DNA of 64,000 nt from Octopus vulgaris (GCA_951406725.2 OX597823.1:82274001-82338000), one strand, 5' to 3'. Counted from the stretch's first letter, positions 27,506 to 43,621 are shown. Program-made: numbers and translations. Notes: generated by a model not told the origin, from the letters alone.

Positions 27506-27930
27506 AGGTTGGGAAGTGGTAGGACAAAGGTCACAAAGCCGTTGTAAGATCAAACCAATAGGATGCAAATTCCACCAAAATAAACTTTACATTAAGAAGT
27601 GGAACGTAGAATTTCCTGTAATTCAGATCGCTCATGGTCCCAGCCGACAAAATGGAAAAGACGTTGCCCCGGACGATGGCGAGTGGGATGCGCTGACACA
27701 GCCACTCTGACTCATAGACTCGTACTTGTGGATTGCCATCACCACCCCGATAGTGGTGTGCAGGGATATGGTCCAGGGTTCGAGAATGCTGGAGTCTTCC
27801 ACTGCCACAAGTTCGCCCATAAACCCGTGAAAGAGCGACCTGGAGAATTGAAATGCGATGAGAGGTAACAGAAAGAACGATATTTCGAACGATAATGCCG
27901 TTATAACCACCAGGTCGTCATTGAACAAGT
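27255..27930 (-). mobile_element. Possible highly decayed Penelope-like element 3' portion
   Basis: Minus strand has NLHPIGL (like the L.P.GLN end of the Penelope GIY-YIG region), a pyrimidine-rich UTR and cccGAAACGTC (hammerhead-like 3' half). Weak. Confidence 0.3.
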
Positions 27931-28815
27931 AGACTTATTGTCAAAGGCATTCCACCCATGACGATCACCTCTAGTTTCTTCTTTCTAGACTACATTATCC
28001 AATACATTTAAAAAAATAGTATTGTTATTTAAGGGTGATTGACTGCATTTCTATGACCATATACTGATCCCCACGTTCTTTCTCTTCCTGGATGTATCAT
28101 ATTTGAGTGAACATACCTATCATCTAAAGCGTGCCATCAGTGAACATCAACCTGGTTCTATATCAGGGACTATATTCCTTTCATTTAAAACTATAGCATG
28201 ACTCGAAAGAATTCTTCTGCTATTTCTAGCAGGTCATGCAACCGCCTTGAGTCTTTATTATTATCAAGCATTCTTGCTTAATCCCAGATAGATCTTGATC
28301 GAGGACAACTGCACCCAAATACGTTCCAACAATGATCGACATATATTCTTTCACAGGCATCCAATGGAGGTTTTAGATATTTTGTTTAATGCTGTAATAA
28401 GTGAATTATGCGAACTTCGTTAACATTTCTAGCAAGGCATGAAACCACACATGGGAACCTTGTTAACTTGCTGCAAGCATTATATAATAAGAAGAAACTT
28501 ATCCAGTTATCAGACTGTAATATCATTTTTAGATTCAATTCCTGATTGAATTAATATATTCTTGTCATCAAGAAAGGCATGAACATCACATAATGCGAAT
28601 ATCCTAAGAGAAAAAATATATCTTTGCTTTTATTAGACTTATCTAATCTAAAGTACTTTAATTTTAAAGGCAATTCCTTCCAAGATAATCCAAGAGTTAA
28701 GGTAAGTAGAATCAGTCATAAAAAATCCTAAGAGACAATATTTAAACCAATATTCAAATAATAGAAAATAGAAGAGTTTATAAGATGCATCTTTTAATAT
28801 CGACTGATTGCAAGA

Positions 28816-28861
<46 letters not shown>

Positions 28862-29080
28862 TAGTTACGTATGTAATCTCTTGCATCGAAATTCGTAAAA
28901 TGTATTTGATGAAAAAGAAATTATAAGGATGTTTACGTATGAACATATGTGTATGCATGCACGTGTGTATGTATGTATGAGGGAATGTATTTAATCTGTA
29001 ATAGTATTATATGTAAATATATATATGTATATATATCGACAAGTATGTATGTAGAATATATGTAAACATAAATATTAATG

Positions 29081-29181
<101 letters not shown>

Positions 29182-30395
29182 GTATGTATGTATGTATGTG
29201 TTTTTATGCATTTATACACATGTACATACACACACACAAACAAACAAACACGCATACAGACAGAAGCTGCTTTGTAAGTAGGTTAACATTTAAATATGTT
29301 TTATATTCGGAAGCCTAAGAGAATTATGGATCATACATGCATCAGCGTAGATACGACACATACGCATACACACGTGTGTACGTATGTATGCAAGTGTATA
29401 TAATTGTAGAGGTTATGCGTGTGGATTAATAGTTATATTGATTAATTTTGCACATTATTCCTTCTGTTGTCTTCGTTATGTATCTCTGAAGCTTGCATGT
29501 TAGTTCTCTTCGATATTCAAAAAACAATTGATGTGCAACTGAAGACAGGATAAACCTAAATAGAGATAGTTAGTCATTTTGTCTTCTAAATCTTTATAAC
29601 AATAGCCAAACAATATATATCGTACCATCTCATTCTTTCTGTTAATACTCATTCTTGCTAATATATTAAACGACTACGAAATTTACAGAACAAGATTACA
29701 GTAGGTTTTCCTTGCAGTCACAATTCGACTCATCACAAGCGACTAAACCATCGGCATACAATCCAGTTAAGTGGATTCTACTCGTCTTTTCCTCGTCAAA
29801 GTAATCCCACGCCCGATTGATCACAATTTCTCAGACCTTGAGCGTTTTGATCGAACTTCTCTCTGTTGCATGAATACTGATTAAATCTTCAGTCTGAAAA
29901 TAAACCAATGTAGTTTTCTCCCACTCATTTTCCTGTCCAGTTCCGGAAGTATTACAAATTTCCCAGACAAACCTTCACCGCCGTCCTTTGACAATCTAAA
30001 AATATCATGTCTGAAAAATATCGCTTGTGTTTAATCTATGAATGTAATACGTACTGAAATACTATATTCATTATCTCTGCTAAGTATCGTTTCGTTTATG
30101 ATTTTGTTATTGTTTCCGATTTAAAAATATCTCCAAGACTTATTATCTTCTAACACCCACCTAATTTTTACACGCAGGATAACTTTGAATTATTCTAAGT
30201 TTTTTTTTTCTAGTCTAATATCACGATTCATTCCTAATTACCTTCAAGTACTTTAAACAGATTAATTGAAATAAACAGATAAATTCTGCTTTCTGTTGTT
30301 GAATAATTTGTCTCATGAATAAATTGTCGTGAGGATAGGATTTCATTAAATAACTTTCAGTGGAGAAATAACCAGGCATATATATATATATATAT

Positions 30396-30760
30396 ACTCT
30401 TTTACTCTTTTACTTGTTTCAGTCATTTGACTGCGGCCATGCTGGAGCACCGCCTTTAGTCGAGCAAATCGACCCCGGGACTTATTCTTTGTAAGCCCAG
30501 TACTTATTCTATCGGTCTCTTTTGCCGAACCGCTAAGTGACAGGGACGTAAACACATCAGCATCGGTTGTCAAGCAATGCTAGGGGGGACAAAGACACAC
30601 AAACACATACACACACACACAGACACACACATATATATATACATATATACGACGGGCTTCTTTCAGTTTCCGTCTACCAAATCCACTCACAAGGCATTGG
30701 TCGGCCCGAGGCTCTGGCAGAAGACACTTGCCCAAGATGCCATGCAGTGGCACTGAACCC
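30396..30760 (-). mobile_element. SINE family B, head deleted at the junction with Tc1
   Basis: Near-consensus body and tail; stops at ctgaaccc, directly abutting the Tc1 fragment. Confidence 0.9.
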
Positions 30761-31901
30761 AAAGTTTGAATTGTTTCCAAAGGAATTTTTGTCCATTCTT
30801 CAACTAAAACAGTCTCCAGTTCTTGTAGTGATGATGGTGAAGGGTATCGACTCCTTATTTGTTTTTCTAAAATGCACCATAAGTGTTCAATAATATTGAG
30901 ATCTGGGGACTGTGGTGGCCAGATAAGATGTTCAAGTTCACTAGAATGTTCCTCATGCCATTCAGTAACAACTTTAGCTGTGTGAATTGGTGTATTATCA
31001 TCCTGAAGGATTGCCTTTTACTGCGGAAACAGTTCCGCAACCACAGGATGAATTTGATTAGATAAAATGCTTAAATAGTGTTGAAAGGAAACCATTGGGC
31101 CGGCGGATTCCCAAGATATATCCCCTCACCCCAGATCGACACAGATGCTCCTCCGTGTTTAACAGTTGGAAGAAGGCAGTCTTGGTCAAATGCTTCTTTT
31201 GGCCGTCTCCACACGTATACTCGGCCGGTGGCCGGAAATAAGGTAAAGTATGACTCGTCCGAGAAAATAACATTCTTCCACTGCTCTAGGGACCAATCGT
31301 GTAGTTATTTCTCCGCTGAAAACGCTTTGCAACGTTTGTTTTTGAAAGTAGTGGTTTTCTGATTGCAGCTCTCTCGGGAAATCCAACTTTGTGCAGCTCC
31401 TGGCGAACAGTTTTTGTGGTAACTGGGTTCTCGAGGTGATCATTAAGCTCTGCAGTAATTCTGGGAGCTGTACTTTTGTGATATTTTCTAACAATTCGTG
31501 TAAGACTCTGACGGTCCCTATCTGAAAGTTTTGGTTTTCTTACGGAGTTTTATTTCGACGAGGAGGTTTTCCCCTCGTTCTCAAAAGCTGTCATTACTTT
31601 CGAGACAGTACTTCTTGATGCAGCAAACATTTCAACTGCTGTTTTCGTTACGCTAACGCCTGCCATACGAGCACCAACAACTTGACCTCTTTGCAAGTCC
31701 GATAGATCTGTAGTTTTAACGAATTTTATTTACCTTTTCTGATGTTATCTGAAAAAACCCCCAGCAATTTTAGCAAAACATATTAAGCAACTCTAATAAT
31801 AAATTTAAAAAAACTAAAAATAAACAAGCTTTTGGCGGTTTTACAGATATATCAAAATTATGATGCTATGATGCTAGGTGTTTCCATTATTTTGTCCCCC
31901 C
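30761..31901 (-). mobile_element. Tc1-like transposon with DD36E triad, nearly complete but decayed, 3' end lost
   Basis: Left TIR ggacaaaataatggaaacacct. FSDES, then LQDDNTPIHTAKVVTEWHEEHSSELEHLIWPPQSPDLNIIEHLW (36 residues between D and E). Same family as 15508-16363 and 19590-20016. Confidence 0.92.
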
Positions 31902-32131
31902 ACTCTCTCTCTATATATATATATAAATATTGTTCAAATTTACTGAAAGCAAAAGACAGAGCAAGGGTGGGAAAATCAGGTAGGTGTATTAATTTGACAT
32001 TCGGGAAGAATGGAATGACTTTTCGAGCTTATGCTCTTTAACAAAAAGGGATGAGAGGGGGGAAAATGTGAGAGAGAGATAAAAACGGAAGGAGAAAAAA
32101 TGTGTCAGGATTAACAGTTATGTGTGTGTGT

Positions 32132-32164
<33 letters not shown>

Positions 32165-32382
32165 ATTCTTGTTGAACAATTTTCGTCACTATTTCTCAGT
32201 GGAAACCTCATTTTTAAAATAAAGAAGAATTACACATGCAGAGACATTCCACAGGTGTCATTTTTTCTTAGGTTACCAATGCTCTTACGATGAAAACAAT
32301 TGCACGCCCTTACACAAACATACACACACAAATACACACACACACAAACACTCACACACATTTGCACTTACACATAATATAC

Positions 32383-32868
32383 TTATTTCTTTATTGCCCA
32401 CAGAGTGCTAAACATAGAAGGGACAAATAAGGACAGACAAACGGATTAAGTCGATTACATCGACCTCAGTGCGTAAATGGTACTTATTTAATCGACCCTG
32501 GAAAGGATGAAAGGAAAAGTCAATCTCGGCGGAATTTGAACTCAGTACCTAGCGGCTAACGAAATACAGCTAAGCTTTTCGCCTGGCATGCTAACGTTTC
32601 TACCAGCTCGCCGCCTTTACACATACACATAATATATATTTCTTTACTACCCACAAGGGGCTAAACATAGAAGGGACAAACAAAGACAGATAAACAGATT
32701 AAGTCGATTACATCGACCCAGTGCGAAACTGGTACTTTATTTATCGACCCCGAGAGGATGAGAGGAAAAGTCGACCTCGGCGGAATTTGAACTCAGAGCG
32801 TAACGACAGACGAAATACCGCTAAGCATTTCGCCTGGCACGCTAACGTTTCTGCCAGCTCGCCGCCTT
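32383..32868 (-). mobile_element. Two tandem SINE family A copies
   Basis: Each ends on the plus strand in ccagctcgccgcctt followed by acacata; both match the rc consensus. Confidence 0.88.
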
Positions 32869-34392
32869 ACATACACATAATATATTTGAGTGACTATGCT
32901 CATCTGCAAAGACAAAGAACGGTAGAGAGCAACAGTACTGTCCCAGATGTAGTTGCTGTACTTCACTGTGTGTGGTACATGATCTTCGTAATACTGTAGT
33001 AACTGTCTAAAAAATCATAAATAGAAGTATATACTGATATGAATCAGTATACCCCGTATATTCTTACATCAGACAGAGGAGTCGAACATAGCATTGCCAG
33101 ATCTATTAAGAGGATATCACTGCTTGGTTCCTGTCTGTCGGCCATTTCCCCCTCATCTAAACAATCTGGTTTGTCAGAAGATATCAACGTTTATCGCTTT
33201 ATTGCACATTAAGTATTGGCATTACAACTGTCCATCACAAATTACATTGTGTTTGCACAAGTATCTTTAATGATAAACTTAATAATCCAATTTAAAAGTG
33301 ATGCTGTTTTATAAAATAAAGCTACATGAAGCTACAAATATTTTTGTATTGATCTCCCGCGAGTCCATAAATTTCCAAATCTCTTAAATGCAGCCAATAT
33401 TTGAATTACAGCATGTTGCTTTGGTATTCGCTTACGCAAACGCAAAACAAATAAATAAGTGAATAAATAAAAGCATAAATATAAAAAAAAATAACGAAAA
33501 ATGAAATTAAAACTCCCACGAGGGATTTGTTTTATTGATATCACCATGACTCATCGAGCATATAATAGGAGTTTTGCGTTAATTAGCCACATCCAAGCTA
33601 ATAACGGTTGCCTTGACAACGACATGTTAGCACAAACAATAGATACTTTATTGCGTCATTCAATTCCGCACGAGATTCTACACGAGATGATGATGTAACA
33701 ACAAGACATATGAAACAACGACGAAATCTATATGTGGTTACCCGACTTGCTAGAAGAAGCAGCCAAACTACCCCGTCTCTCATTGCAGCTGATCTATCTT
33801 GAAAAGAGGAAGGCAACATTTGGTAACGTACTTTATGTAAAGGTGCATGGCCTAATGGCAAGTGTGTTGCACTCACGATAACGAGATCTTGGTTTCGATT
33901 GCCAGACTGGCTGTGTATTGTAGTCTTCAAAATGGGTAACCTGGCGACTGACTGGATTAAAAATATGAGATGGTGACTCAGGAAAATCGCCCGAACAGAG
34001 GTTTCGCGAGTCACGTTTTGAATTGAGCGATTTCAACCATTCCGAATGGCTGGGATTGGCTTCCCGCTACAACAAAGGTCAAATATTCTACTCTGGCTCT
34101 GAAAGGGTTTATGATTCTGGACGGAACGCCTTTAGTCATAGATATATTAAGATCAAAACCAAACAAAGGCTAAGCAGCAAGACAATATTCCTCTGAACAT
34201 GGAGAATTTTTTTACTCATGACCAAATCTCATAACTTTCATATACTATATCACTCACATAAATCAACACTCAATCAAACCAGTTTTGTAGAAAAATCATC
34301 ACGTATTACAATATTTACGTGAGTCATGGACTGCTTTAGTCAAATCTTTATTCACTCAGTCACTTCCACATTAAGTCATATGGTCAACTTAG

Positions 34393-34503
<111 letters not shown>

Positions 34504-34517
34504 CATACATACATACA

Positions 34518-34725
34518 CAGTAATCCCTCGCCATATCGCGGTTCACCGATCATGGTTTATTATTTAAGCTTACGTCGATTCCTTTGTGGTTTTTATACAA
34601 ATAAATATATACAAATCATAAAAATAATAAAAATTATACAGTACAGTACTGTTTCTACTTCACGGATTTTCACCTATTATGGAAGGTTTTGGAACGTAAC
34701 ACCCGTGATGGTCAAGGGAATAATA
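34518..34725. mobile_element. Tigger/pogo-like MITE, decayed
   Basis: Left end cagtaatccctcgc; degenerate right end caagggaataata; internal acagtacagtactgt. Confidence 0.55.
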
Positions 34726-34756
<31 letters not shown>

Positions 34757-34759
34757 ATC

Positions 34760-34871
<112 letters not shown>

Positions 34872-35022
34872 ATAATAAAAGGGTAAGTAATTTTTTCGAT
34901 GGTTTTTCAGACAACCAACAATTATTTACCGGTAGATTTCGGTATGTAAATATGACTTTTAGCGCCGGGAACTTCTGTGGAGTTCAGTATATATATAGTA
35001 TATAAGTAAAAGGGCAGGGAAC

Positions 35023-35094
<72 letters not shown>

Positions 35095-35310
35095 TTATTA
35101 TTATTTGAGGAAATAAAATCCAAACTTACCAGGAAAAAGAATTCAATTTAGAAATACTAAATCAAATTCCACACAATATAATAAATATATAAAAATAATA
35201 TTAGAAAAAAACGACCTATTATATGTAATTTTCTAGATGGTGTAATTTAATTATTCATTTTGAATTGGTAAAAGGTGTTTTTTTTTCTAATATTTTTCAT
35301 ATATATATAT

Positions 35311-35450
35311 ATCTACAATGTAAATCCCGTTCTGTCTGTGTGTGTGTAAAAGATTATAATGGCTGTATTTTTCAACTGATTTTCTCCAAACTGGGAACAT
35401 ACATTACTTATGATCCAGGGATGGTTTTAGACTATTAAACTTTTCCACAT
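35311..35450 (+). mobile_element. Helitron-like non-autonomous 5' end fragment
   Basis: tctgtctgtgtg...tttcaactgattttctccaaact...gatccagggatggttttagactat resembles Helitron 5' subterminal sequence. Confidence 0.4.
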
Positions 35451-35769
35451 AATGAGTAACATTATGTCCTTGGAGGGACAAAAAAATCTGTAGAAGTCCA
35501 TCGGATGGATAGTAACTGCTCTTCAATAATCCAACCATATATTCCGTGAGGCTGAATCAGCTTTACAAATAAGTGGAGGAAACTCGTGTTTTGTAGAATA
35601 CTCTGAGACGCACATGTTTGATAATGGGTATGTAGGTCACTTGGCCAAACGCGTCAATGTTCATCGTCGATATCGACGGAGAATCTATCAATTATTATAT
35701 AACGTGTAATTTCTTTATTTAATTTGGTAGAGTGTGATTTGAGAGAAATCGGATTGAGGCTATAGTAGA

Positions 35770-36466
<697 letters not shown>

Positions 36467-37360
36467 GAAAAAAAAAAAAAAAAAAAAACAGGGTGACGGC
36501 GTATAGTCTCCGCAGTCGGTTGTGTGTACGGACTGAAATCGAAGATGATAGGATAAGATATAATACATCATATAAAGGAATAATACATACTTTATTCCTT
36601 GCATTCTGCTTCAAACTCGTTTTGTGTTTCTTTTAGCCTTTCACCCTTCTAAATTAGATGCAATTTCTTTCAGTAACAAAATGAATAGTCTCAATCGGTT
36701 TTATGGAAAAGATACGTCGTGAAATTAGCAAAAATAAATGAAGTCTACATCAAGATAGACCATGGTTCGGGTCAATTACCAGCTGAAATAAGTCATTTCT
36801 CTGACATCGACCAATAACTTTTACAATGGCATTAACGGCACAGCATTATATTTCTGTCTTCTCTAAAAATAAAGGTCTTCTGAGAGTTTTCGGAAGCCAT
36901 ATTTTCAATGCTGCAATACAATAAGGGTCAAATATCTTGCTGTTTCAAATTTCGTAGAATCCCATTTTATCTACTGACACTGTATAAAAGTTCCAAAATC
37001 ATATATTTCTTATAACAGGCAATTATGATGGCAATAATTGTAGAATTCTAGGGCTGGCAGAATCGCTAAGCATTGGCGAAGTGCTTAGCAGTATTTCGTC
37101 TGCCGTTTCGTTCTGAGTTCAAACTCCGCCAAGGTCGACTTTGCCTTTCATTCTTTGGGGGTCTATAAATTAAGTACCAGTTGCCTACTGCGATCGATCT
37201 AATCGACTGGCCGCCTTCTCCAAAATTTCGGGCATTTCGCCCGGCGCACTAACGATTCTGCCACATGGCCGCCTCCTTTAACTTTCTAATATTGATACAA
37301 GAAGTAAGGCGGTGAACAGCTTTCCGCACGTCTTTACATCTCAAGTTCCAATCCTTCCCC

Positions 37361-37453
<93 letters not shown>

Positions 37454-38839
37454 TGTGTGTATTTATTTATACTTGTACACGATGTCCTTAGGAACATTTC
37501 GCCCGTTTTCCTATTCTGAATTCTATTTCCACTGATGTCGACTTTGCCTTTCATCCTTTCAGTGTCCTTGAAATAAGTACTTGTTGAGTGCTGGGGTCAA
37601 TGTAATCAACTCGCCCCTCACCCGAAATTTCTGCTTTGTGCCAAAATATGAAACTGGCATTGATAAAAAAAAAGTGTATACTCTATTACGTACTAGTATT
37701 TTCCAATGTATCAAAATCCATCTGTCCATGTTTGAAACCCACAATAAGTAAGTGTTATTTTGAAAATCTGGCGCTTCGGAATTACTAGTAAAGATAGTTA
37801 AAAGTTTCCTTGTTTTCTTTTGGGCAAACATGTAATTCATTAAAGCCAGCCCTTTCTTCCTTAAAGGTTATGTATGTAGGAAAAAACATTGCTTGAGTGC
37901 CAACATACCCGGGAATCAATCCACCATCTTATTTTCATCCCTCTGGTGAATTACTGCATATTTTGGTACGTAAAACGTAACAGTTCATGATAGATCGACG
38001 CTGCAATTTCCTTACTTAGCTTTTCATAAAATATGAAGTGGTATGTTTATATAATTATAACCGCATTATTGAAATATCAAGGGAAAGAAGAAGGCAATGA
38101 AACTGCAATCTTTCATCTCTTTTCAAATCACATCTCAACTATGGACAGCACTCTCTCTGTGTAATGAGTATCTAGTGAAATGCGAACGGCGTAATGTTGC
38201 AATAAATTTGTTAAGACAATTTATCACGATCCCGTGACAGATTTGCCATTTACAATTTTCATAAAATTGTGAAGTAAGCAAATATAAATAATTTCGAAAC
38301 CACAAAATGATTGGAAATTATTTATATATTTTACATATGACTCATTGATGTATATTTTGTTTGTATTGTTTATTTGTATTATCTTTTATCTTTTATCTTT
38401 TACTTGCTTCAGTCATTGGACAGCGGCTATATTGGGGCATCGCCTTAAAGTAATTTAGTTGAACAAAATGATTCCAGCACTTAATTTTTTAAGCCTGGTA
38501 CTTATTCTATTGGTATCATCTTTTACCGAAGCGCTAGGTTACGGGGATGTGAACAAACCAATACTAGTTGTCAACTGGTGGTGTAGGGTAACCACAGGCA
38601 CAAGATAACTCACTCTCTCTCACACACAAGTACTACACAACATACATGTATCTTTATACACACATATGAAGGGCTTCTTTAAGTTTTGGTCTACCAAATC
38701 CACTCACAAGACTTCAAGTTGTCTGAGACGAAAATGAAAGTGAATTGCAGAAGGACTGAACCCGCTGGCGAGGTGGAAGAATCATTACTACACCGAACAA
38801 ACTGCTTAGCGATATTTCTTACGGCTTTTTACACACTGG

Positions 38840-39087
38840 TGGAGGAGCGTGGCTTAGTGGTTAAGGTGTTGAACTCATGATCGTAAAGGTTGTGGTTTCG
38901 ATTCCTGGACCAGGCGATGCGTTGGGTTCTTGAGCAAAACACTTCATTTCACGTTGCTCCAGTCCACTCTGCTGGCAAAAATGCGTAATCCTGCGCCGGA
39001 CCGGCGTCCCGTCCAGGTGGAGAATTTCTGCCCTACTGAAACCGGGAAACCGGCCCTTATGAGCCTGGCATGGCTCGAGAAGGAACA
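38840..39087 (+). mobile_element. SINE family C nested in a family A-like SINE
   Basis: tggcttagtggttaagg and ggtttcgattcc boxes. Flanking tttttacaca(c/t)tg duplication at 38826-38838 and 39101-39113. Confidence 0.8.
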
Positions 39088-39864
39088 TTTATTTAATTTA
39101 TTTTTTACACATTGAGTTCAAATACCACCGTCTTCAACTTTCCCTTTCATCCTCTCGGGGTCGATAAAATAAGCACCAGCTAAGCGCTGCGGTCGAAGCA
39201 ATGATCTAGTCCCCCCCACCACCAAATTTCAGGCCTTGTGCCTATACCAGAAATAATTTTACATTCATTAATATATATTTTGCGCATGTTTGTTATGACA
39301 TAATCGTTTGTATCGTATATATTTCCCACAGATTTCCCGGCGTTTCGTTATTGTTTATTCAAGCTGACAGAGCGAATACATGAATACATTTATATTTATT
39401 CTTGGTATCAGCTTTGTTGACGTTTTATGTTACGTTTATAGCTGTTTATATTTGATTTGTGTAATGCATCCAACAAACAATTTTCGACAGCCGCTATTGT
39501 TTAACTGATGTGATTTTAAATCAATTAGTCTAAAAATATTTAGGATCAAAAACTAAATGTACAGGTTTTATTTGAAAATATTAAATATTGTTTTATTTTC
39601 TACTTATTCTGCATGATTTAAGTTTGATATAAATACGCTATTATTTTAAATAACATTGCAACATATTGCTTAAATTATGCCCCCAAACAAAATCTGCATA
39701 ATACGGTAATGAACGGTATTATTCTGTTGTGGTGGTAGAAACAGAATTTGGCAATTATTTCCCTTGTTTAAGTTTATTTTGTACCTCGCTTTTCTAATTT
39801 TGAATCAAGTCGAGGTGGACTTTAACTATTTGTCATTTAATAAATATCAGATATATTTCATATT

Positions 39865-40323
39865 TTACTAGCTTCACTCACTGGACTACGGCCATGCTAG
39901 AGCATTGTCTTGAAAGGTCTACTTGAGCAAATCGCCTCTACTACTCCTTGTTTGAAGTCTCGTACTTATAGGATTGGTTCTCTTTTGCCGAATCGCTAAG
40001 TTATGGAGACATAAACTATCTAACATCGTTTATCAAGCGGTAGAGGTGGGACAAATGCAAAGACATACATACATACATACATACATACATACATACATAC
40101 ATACATACATACATACGTACATAAATACATATATATGAATGTATGTGTTTGTATGGTGGGCTTCCACACACTTTCCGTCTACTAAATTCACTCACAAGGC
40201 AATAATAATCGGCCCGGAGATATAATAGAAGACACTTGCTCAAATTGACGTGCAGTGAGACCGAACCCAGAACCCACTGATCGCAAAACCCGCTTCTTAG
40301 CCATACAGCCATACATGCACCTA
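39865..40323 (-). mobile_element. SINE family B, diverged
   Basis: Matches the family B rc consensus with internal (TACA)n. Confidence 0.75.
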
Positions 40324-42228
40324 TGCTGATTATTATTTTACAAGATGCAGAAACTTGCATTAATAGGGAGCATGAACTAGGACTGTACGGAATTTATTCT
40401 TTCCTTCGAACTGTTATGTAGAAATGAATTACAATGGTAAACGGACCCCCAGCCTATCCTTGTCCAACTTTGTTGTTATCAATTGCTCGCTTACATGAAT
40501 AACCCATATTTCATTCCTCCAAGCTAAACCTTATCCCATTCATATGAAATATCCACAAAATCTGATAGATCTCTGTTATTAATTCTGATTATTTCATTTT
40601 ACTGAAAAACATGTTATAAACAAGATATTAAAATGCCGCAAGTAAAAGCTCAGTATATCGTTCATTTTATTGATTAGCGCTAGAGATTTTGGTCTAGGAA
40701 AACTGTTTAGCTTCAGAGCTACACAGAGGACGAAATAATTGACAAATAAATAAATAGAATTAACAAACATGAATATTTTAAAAACATGATAAAATATCAA
40801 TCTCTAATGTTTATAACCGAAATCTGAAGCATTTTCTAAGTTGCTCAATAAATTCAAAATAAAACTGCGAAGGGTTGTTATGTTGTGTATATTTTTCCAT
40901 ATATTAGCTTCAAATTTTAGCACAAAGCCGGCAACTCCACTGCTCAACTGGTACTTATTTCATCGGCCCCGGAAGGATGAAATGTAAAGTCGACCTCAGC
41001 GGAATTTGAACTCAGAACGTACAAAGACAGGTAAAGTGCTGGTAGGCATTTTTTCCCCCAGCGTGCTAACAATTCTGCCAAGCACGCCAGCTTTGGTATA
41101 ATGAAGATATCAAAAACAGAAAAGTAAAAGTCCGGTTTGTGGTTCATTTTACTGCTTAGTGTTAGGGCTTTTGGTCTGGTTTCAGAATTAAACGGTGAAT
41201 GAAATAACTGCACCCGCCCCACCAAAAAACATTGAAACTTCAAAACGTGACAAAATTTTATCTTTAATATTTATAGCAAAGAATCTTCAATATTATATAT
41301 TCCAATATCTCCAATATGTTAAACATAGAAATCAGAAACAGATTCTAAGTTTCTAAATAGATTCTAGAGAAAAGTGTAGAAGGTTGTGCTGTGCAACGCA
41401 GAGTTCTTCCATATATTTCACATTGGTATACATGTCACATGCATACCTACCTACCTACCTACCTACATGCATACATACATACATTTGTGTATATATGTGT
41501 GTATATATTTATGTTACGTAATGCATATATATCTATGTATATGTGTTTATATATGCACATACATACATATGTACGTACATATTTCTTATTGATTAGATTG
41601 TCACAAATGGAAAGCAATTGCATTAATTTCATCGAGAGAATGTTTTTTTGTAGAAAAGCAAGTACTATTTTAAGTAAAAAAGGTAAGGTGTACATCTGTT
41701 AAAATATTACAAGATTTGTCTTATGTACACTTACACACAAACACATATACACACATGTATACATACATACATACATACATACATGTGCACAAATGCATAA
41801 ATGTATATATGTATATACATATATATATTATACATATATTTACTCATAAGGTATTGGAATCTTACATATAATCTTACATATATACCATTCTACCTAAAAA
41901 CTGGATCTACCACTTCAATATCCCTACATATCTTACATCTATTGTCTTTCCTCCACCTCACTCTCTATTTTGTATCCTATCTAAACTAACTATTTCTTAT
42001 CCTGGGAACAGCTGTAAGACTTTCTATCTATAAATGTTCTAATATCTACACAGCCTTGTTTTTTTTTATATCATTACGCAAAAAATTCTTATATACACAC
42101 GCTGACATAGAACCAATGTGTACATGTGTATCTTATATATGTATACACACACATACATATATATAGGTATATATACATATATATATATATATATGTGTGT
42201 ATACACACATACATATATATAGGTATAT

Positions 42229-42272
<44 letters not shown>

Positions 42273-43621
42273 CTATCAATCAACAAACCTACCTACCTAC
42301 CTACCTACCTACCTACTTATCTACATCCATATATACACACATATACACACACATGCATACGTACATACATACATACATACATACATACATACATACATAC
42401 ATACATACATACATACATTCCTCATTATATATTTAATGAACGTGCTAAGAAAAACTGCTCAGAAACGCTTGTAGCATGTTTTATAACAACACAAACGAAA
42501 ACAAATGTATATTAAGTAACGCAGGAAACAAATTTTTATTTATTAAAAAACGTCTCCGCTTTCTGAGAAGTAAGTTCAATCATTTTGTGACATTTGGGAT
42601 CAACACCAAATGAGAATTGGAAATAATCTCAACCATCAAAATTCACGAAATTAGGCAGGCTGTGAAGGTCAAAACAGCTTTATTCCCTGCAGACAAGAGA
42701 ACAGCATTTGACGCATGTTTCTGCCTCAATAAGCGTCATCAGCACAGTTGTTGTATTACCTTAATTACAACAGTAGGAACAGTTAAAAAAGAAAAATATA
42801 GTTTTCTTAATGGCGCTTCAGATTTAGATAATTCGTGATTTTGGAAATTACCCGCTTTCTCATTTGGAGTTGATCCCAATTGCTACTAAACGGTATGTCT
42901 ATCTTTTTCTAGACGTACAGATAATTTCAATAAATGAATAATATATCTTATTAAAGATTTGTTGATCTTTTATGTTCTAAGCATCCTACTGGCCACGTAT
43001 CCTGTTTTTCTTTCAGTTATGCAGATTACTTACATCGTAAATGTATTCCCCCCTTTGTTTGTGTATAAGCTTCTCGCTGCAGCAGATAAGATAGAATAAA
43101 TAATGTGCCTAGGACGTACATTATGAATATTACACGTATTCATGGCTGTGTTCTTATCTTTATATAATCTATATAATCAGGCTGTTTTCTTTCCTTAACC
43201 AAGATGTCAGTTTTGAGGTTTTTAATCCCTTATATTTCAACCATTTGTCACCAATTAATTTGCTCTCTGTGGAGGCCTGGATAATTTTAATAAATCAAGA
43301 ATTTATATTATATTATGCATATTCTTTCATTCGTTTCGACCATGTGGCTGCGCTTAAGCTGTAGCACCATCATGATTTTGTGCTTTATGATTCCCCTTAC
43401 GATGATTTCTTCAGGGTAGCTGGGTTGCGCACCACCACTCCTGCGTGGGCCTTTGTCCCGACTGTTGGATCATTTCGTACATGAGTGAGTTTGACACTGC
43501 TGCCCTCGTATACAGACACACACACACGCACACACACGCACGCACGTACGCACACACGCACACACACACACACACACATATATATACTTATACACGCGTG
43601 TATGAGTGTGTGAATAGATAT

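Noticed and set aside
29698-29893. Minus-strand frame with one in-frame TGA (possible selenoprotein or readthrough exon)
   Set aside because: No homology, no SECIS identified and no donor site; compatible with chance.
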